DNA of 50,464 nucleotides from a virus (Duplodnaviria; Caudoviricetes): IMG/VR virus record IMGVR_UViG_3300047552_002926, positions 1 to 50,464 of that record; one strand, 5' to 3'. Shown piece by piece: positions 48,074 to 50,464 of this stretch (position 1 is its first letter; each line of letters starts with the position of its first letter). The notes under the pieces were generated by a model. It saw only the letters and a program-made list of their open reading frames with translations, ran no database searches and was not told where the DNA came from. The position numbers and the translations under genes were made by a program.

Positions 48074-49168
48074 ATGACACCGCAAATCTACCTGATCAGC
48101 AACCCAACCAAACCGACCCACCGCCGCTTGAGTTTTAAGGATGACATGACCACCTTTGAGAAAGGCTTGGGATGGGCTTCCGAGTTGGTGGCCGGTGATG
48201 ATGCAGTCACCCCGCCCGTGCGCGAGGCTATGGGGTGGCCTTGTGAAATTGAGACCGCAGATTTTGCGAAAGACACCATCACACTCAAGATGAAATCTGG
48301 TGATTACAAGGTTTCTGCTGGACACCATTGGTTATCCACTTCTGCCAAGCAAGAGCAGCGGGCCGTAAGTGAGCAATTGGGTGAGCCTGTGGCACACGTT
48401 CGTGTAAGCGGCGGCATGCTTGGTGGTGCAAGGCGTGGTAAGGGTATGAGCGAATTACCAGACGGGGATTATTCGCTCTACATCACACCACTAGCCAAGC
48501 AAGAGCAGGGTGAGCCTGACTTTTCAAAAAGTAAAACTCTTTTGTCTGAGCTTTGGAAAAACCCCTTGTACTCTTTGCAAGATCGTTTGCTAATGGCTGA
48601 TGGTGCGGTGTCTTTTCGTGATGAAGTGATTGCAAATTTGCGAAAGCAGCAAGAGCAGGGTGAGCCTGTTGCTAAGTACAGCGACATAGTTTCTGATGGT
48701 GGATTCGATCCTCGCAATCAGTTTGACGCTACACCACAACAACGCAAGCCGCTGCCACCAGTTGAAGGCGACTTGTTGCCACAAGTTGGCTCAAAGGTTC
48801 TCATTTACCTTGCGAGTCAAGAGGGATGGGTAGAGCACACCGTTGTTGGCTACTACGTTTGGGGCGGCTTGGATGGTCGCGAAGAACGGATGCACAGAGT
48901 TTTTGTGAGAGTTGTCGATGCTGATGGCATCTTGAACGCTCGAATGCTGCGCGATGTGCGGCCAGTCGAAGCCGCCCACGGCATAGCACCACAAACCAAG
49001 TCAGCAGCGCAAGAAGGTTGGAAGCTGCTTCCTATTGAGCCGACATTCGATCAGATCATTGCTGCTGCAAAGGCTGCAAAACAATACATGGATGAATGTG
49101 GCGTCAACAGTCCAACAGTGATTTATCAAGCAATGCTCGCAGCAGCACCACAAGGGAGCAAGCCATGA
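48074..49168 (+). CDS. Mosaic early protein with repeated QEQGEPV linkers
   Basis: Several modules; ends in GWKLLPIEPT..IYQAMLAAAP, as in Ead/Ea22-region genes. Confidence 0.7.
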   Translation: MTPQIYLISNPTKPTHRRLSFKDDMTTFEKGLGWASELVAGDDAVTPPVREAMGWPCEIETADFAKDTITLKMKSGDYKVSAGHHWLSTSAKQEQRAVSEQLGEPVAHVRVSGGMLGGARRGKGMSELPDGDYSLYITPLAKQEQGEPDFSKSKTLLSELWKNPLYSLQDRLLMADGAVSFRDEVIANLRKQQEQGEPVAKYSDIVSDGGFDPRNQFDATPQQRKPLPPVEGDLLPQVGSKVLIYLASQEGWVEHTVVGYYVWGGLDGREERMHRVFVRVVDADGILNARMLRDVRPVEAAHGIAPQTKSAAQEGWKLLPIEPTFDQIIAAAKAAKQYMDECGVNSPTVIYQAMLAAAPQGSKP

Positions 49169-49332
49169 ACTTTGAAACATTAGGAACGGCAGCCGCGCTT
49201 GTATCGGGGTGGATTGTGGTGGTGTTAATTTGCTTTTTAGCGCTAGAGCTGACTTGGATGCTCGCCAAGCGCATCGTTGGGATGGCACGGATTCTTAAAG
49301 CCATTGCAACACTAAACAGGATCGACAAATGA
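49165..49332 (+). CDS. Small membrane protein
   Basis: One long hydrophobic helix; ATGA overlaps at both ends. Confidence 0.5.
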   Translation: MNFETLGTAAALVSGWIVVVLICFLALELTWMLAKRIVGMARILKAIATLNRIDK

Positions 49333-49616
49333 CAGAAAAAACACATACAGCCGTGCTATATGAGTCAATGACAGCCAGCGTCATCAGCGATATTTTCACT
49401 TTTCTGGTGACGGCTGGTCTTATGTTGCTTGCGGATGGGCGCTCGCTTACTTGGCAGATCATCACCACCGCAATGTTTATTTTTTGGGTAACTGCCAGAT
49501 CAGGAATGCTGGGCAAGGTGCACAAGTTTTGTAGCAAGCGTGAGCTTGTTGAATGGGCATCATCTTTGCCTGATGAAAACAACTGCCAAGCACCAAAAGA
49601 GAGCCAAGACAAATGA
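49329..49616 (+). CDS. Small two-TM protein
   Basis: Two hydrophobic helices; ATGA overlaps at both ends. Confidence 0.55.
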   Translation: MTEKTHTAVLYESMTASVISDIFTFLVTAGLMLLADGRSLTWQIITTAMFIFWVTARSGMLGKVHKFCSKRELVEWASSLPDENNCQAPKESQDK

Positions 49617-49921
49617 AACAAAGCACCCTTACCCTACCCCTCAAGCGCGAGTATTTCGACGCCATCCAATCAGGCAAGAAGCTGGAGGAATACCGACTCT
49701 GCACGCCCTACTGGACTAAGCGCCTTGAGGGGAAGACCTACGAGCGAATCATGCTCACGCTTGGCTACCCGTCAGCCAGCGATCACAAACGCCGAATCGT
49801 CAAGCCTTGGGCTGGATTCACCCGCAAGACCATCACACACCCGCACTTTGGAGCGTCAGCCGTTAAGGTGTTCGCCATTGATGTGTCGGGTAAATCAACG
49901 CCGCAAGAAGACCCCAAATGA
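49613..49921 (+). CDS. ASCH domain protein
   Basis: L.LK.EYFDAI.SGKK.EEYR...YW.KRL motif. Confidence 0.85.
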   Translation: MKQSTLTLPLKREYFDAIQSGKKLEEYRLCTPYWTKRLEGKTYERIMLTLGYPSASDHKRRIVKPWAGFTRKTITHPHFGASAVKVFAIDVSGKSTPQEDPK

Positions 49922-50275
49922 TCGTCACCCCATTCAGCAATCGGCAGGAGTTCGTAAAGCTGCACATGCCTGATTTCTTGTCCACACTCCGCAAGGAATC
50001 CAAGCAGGTCGCAGATGGCAAGCTCCATGCAACTAAGTCACGAGCTGTCAGAATTTCTACCCAAGAGGTAAATTCTCGGTCAATCGACACATTCCCCACA
50101 ACGAGGTCTGCAAAATGATGCAATCCAAATTACCAAGACTGCCAGCACAAACCGACTTCTTCACCCCAAAGTACACCGCCGAGCAAATGCGGGAGTACGC
50201 GCGGAAGGCTATTGAGGCTGAGTTGAAGGCTCGAAACATTGGCCATACGCACAAACCAAATCCTCGAAAGGGTGA

Positions 50276-50464
50276 ATGATGAACACCGCAATACACTCAC
50301 TCACTTATCGGGTAAGCACAGCGGCGGCAAAGCTGGATATTTCGCGTGCGACAATTTATCGATTAGCTGCCGCAGGAAAGCTAAGACTGATTAAGGTCAG
50401 CACTCGCGCCAGCGGAATCACCGCAGAAAGTCTGAACAAATACGTCAACGACTGCGGCAAATGA
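50276..50464 (+). CDS. Excisionase / AlpA-like HTH recombination directionality factor
   Basis: YRVSTAAAKLDISRATIYRL...GKL..IKV pattern; last gene of the PL operon. Confidence 0.85.
   Translation: MMNTAIHSLTYRVSTAAAKLDISRATIYRLAAAGKLRLIKVSTRASGITAESLNKYVNDCGK

Larger units (their letters stand above)
1950..50464. mobile_element. Temperate HK97/lambda-like siphovirus prophage (right end/attR lies beyond the window)
   Basis: Integrase, full tail/head/terminase/lysis set, replication, cro/cI, RecT/YqaJ and excisionase in lambdoid order. Confidence 0.95.

Overview
Three host genes (thyA, folA and a DUF4337-like membrane protein; the host is probably a betaproteobacterium such as Comamonadaceae, by inference) are followed by what looks like a nearly complete ~48.5 kb temperate HK97/lambda-like siphovirus prophage. 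It runs from an integrase at 2122 to an excisionase at the window end. The tail, lysis, head, packaging, nin/replication and cro modules lie on the minus strand; cI and the early-left (PL) operon lie on the plus strand. The standout is a complete diversity-generating retroelement (DGR: target-avd-TR-RT, 45306-47555) inside the early operon. Its single 102-bp template repeat (TR) matches TWO small DUF1566/C-type-lectin-like genes, one adjacent and one about 5 kb upstream, and does not match the tail fibre. Every TR/VR (variable region) mismatch falls at a TR adenine. In the remote target an AAG->TAG change has created a premature stop. Both targets are followed by the same 26-bp direct-repeat element instead of an obvious hairpin. 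Other observations: a c4-type antisense RNA/antirepressor locus, a structured ~0.9 kb PL leader, mosaic genes joined by a recurring DNA linker, a DUF4145 gene with a fully open antisense frame, and probable integration into the 5' end of an xth-like host gene. All family assignments come from motif recognition by eye; no database searches were run.
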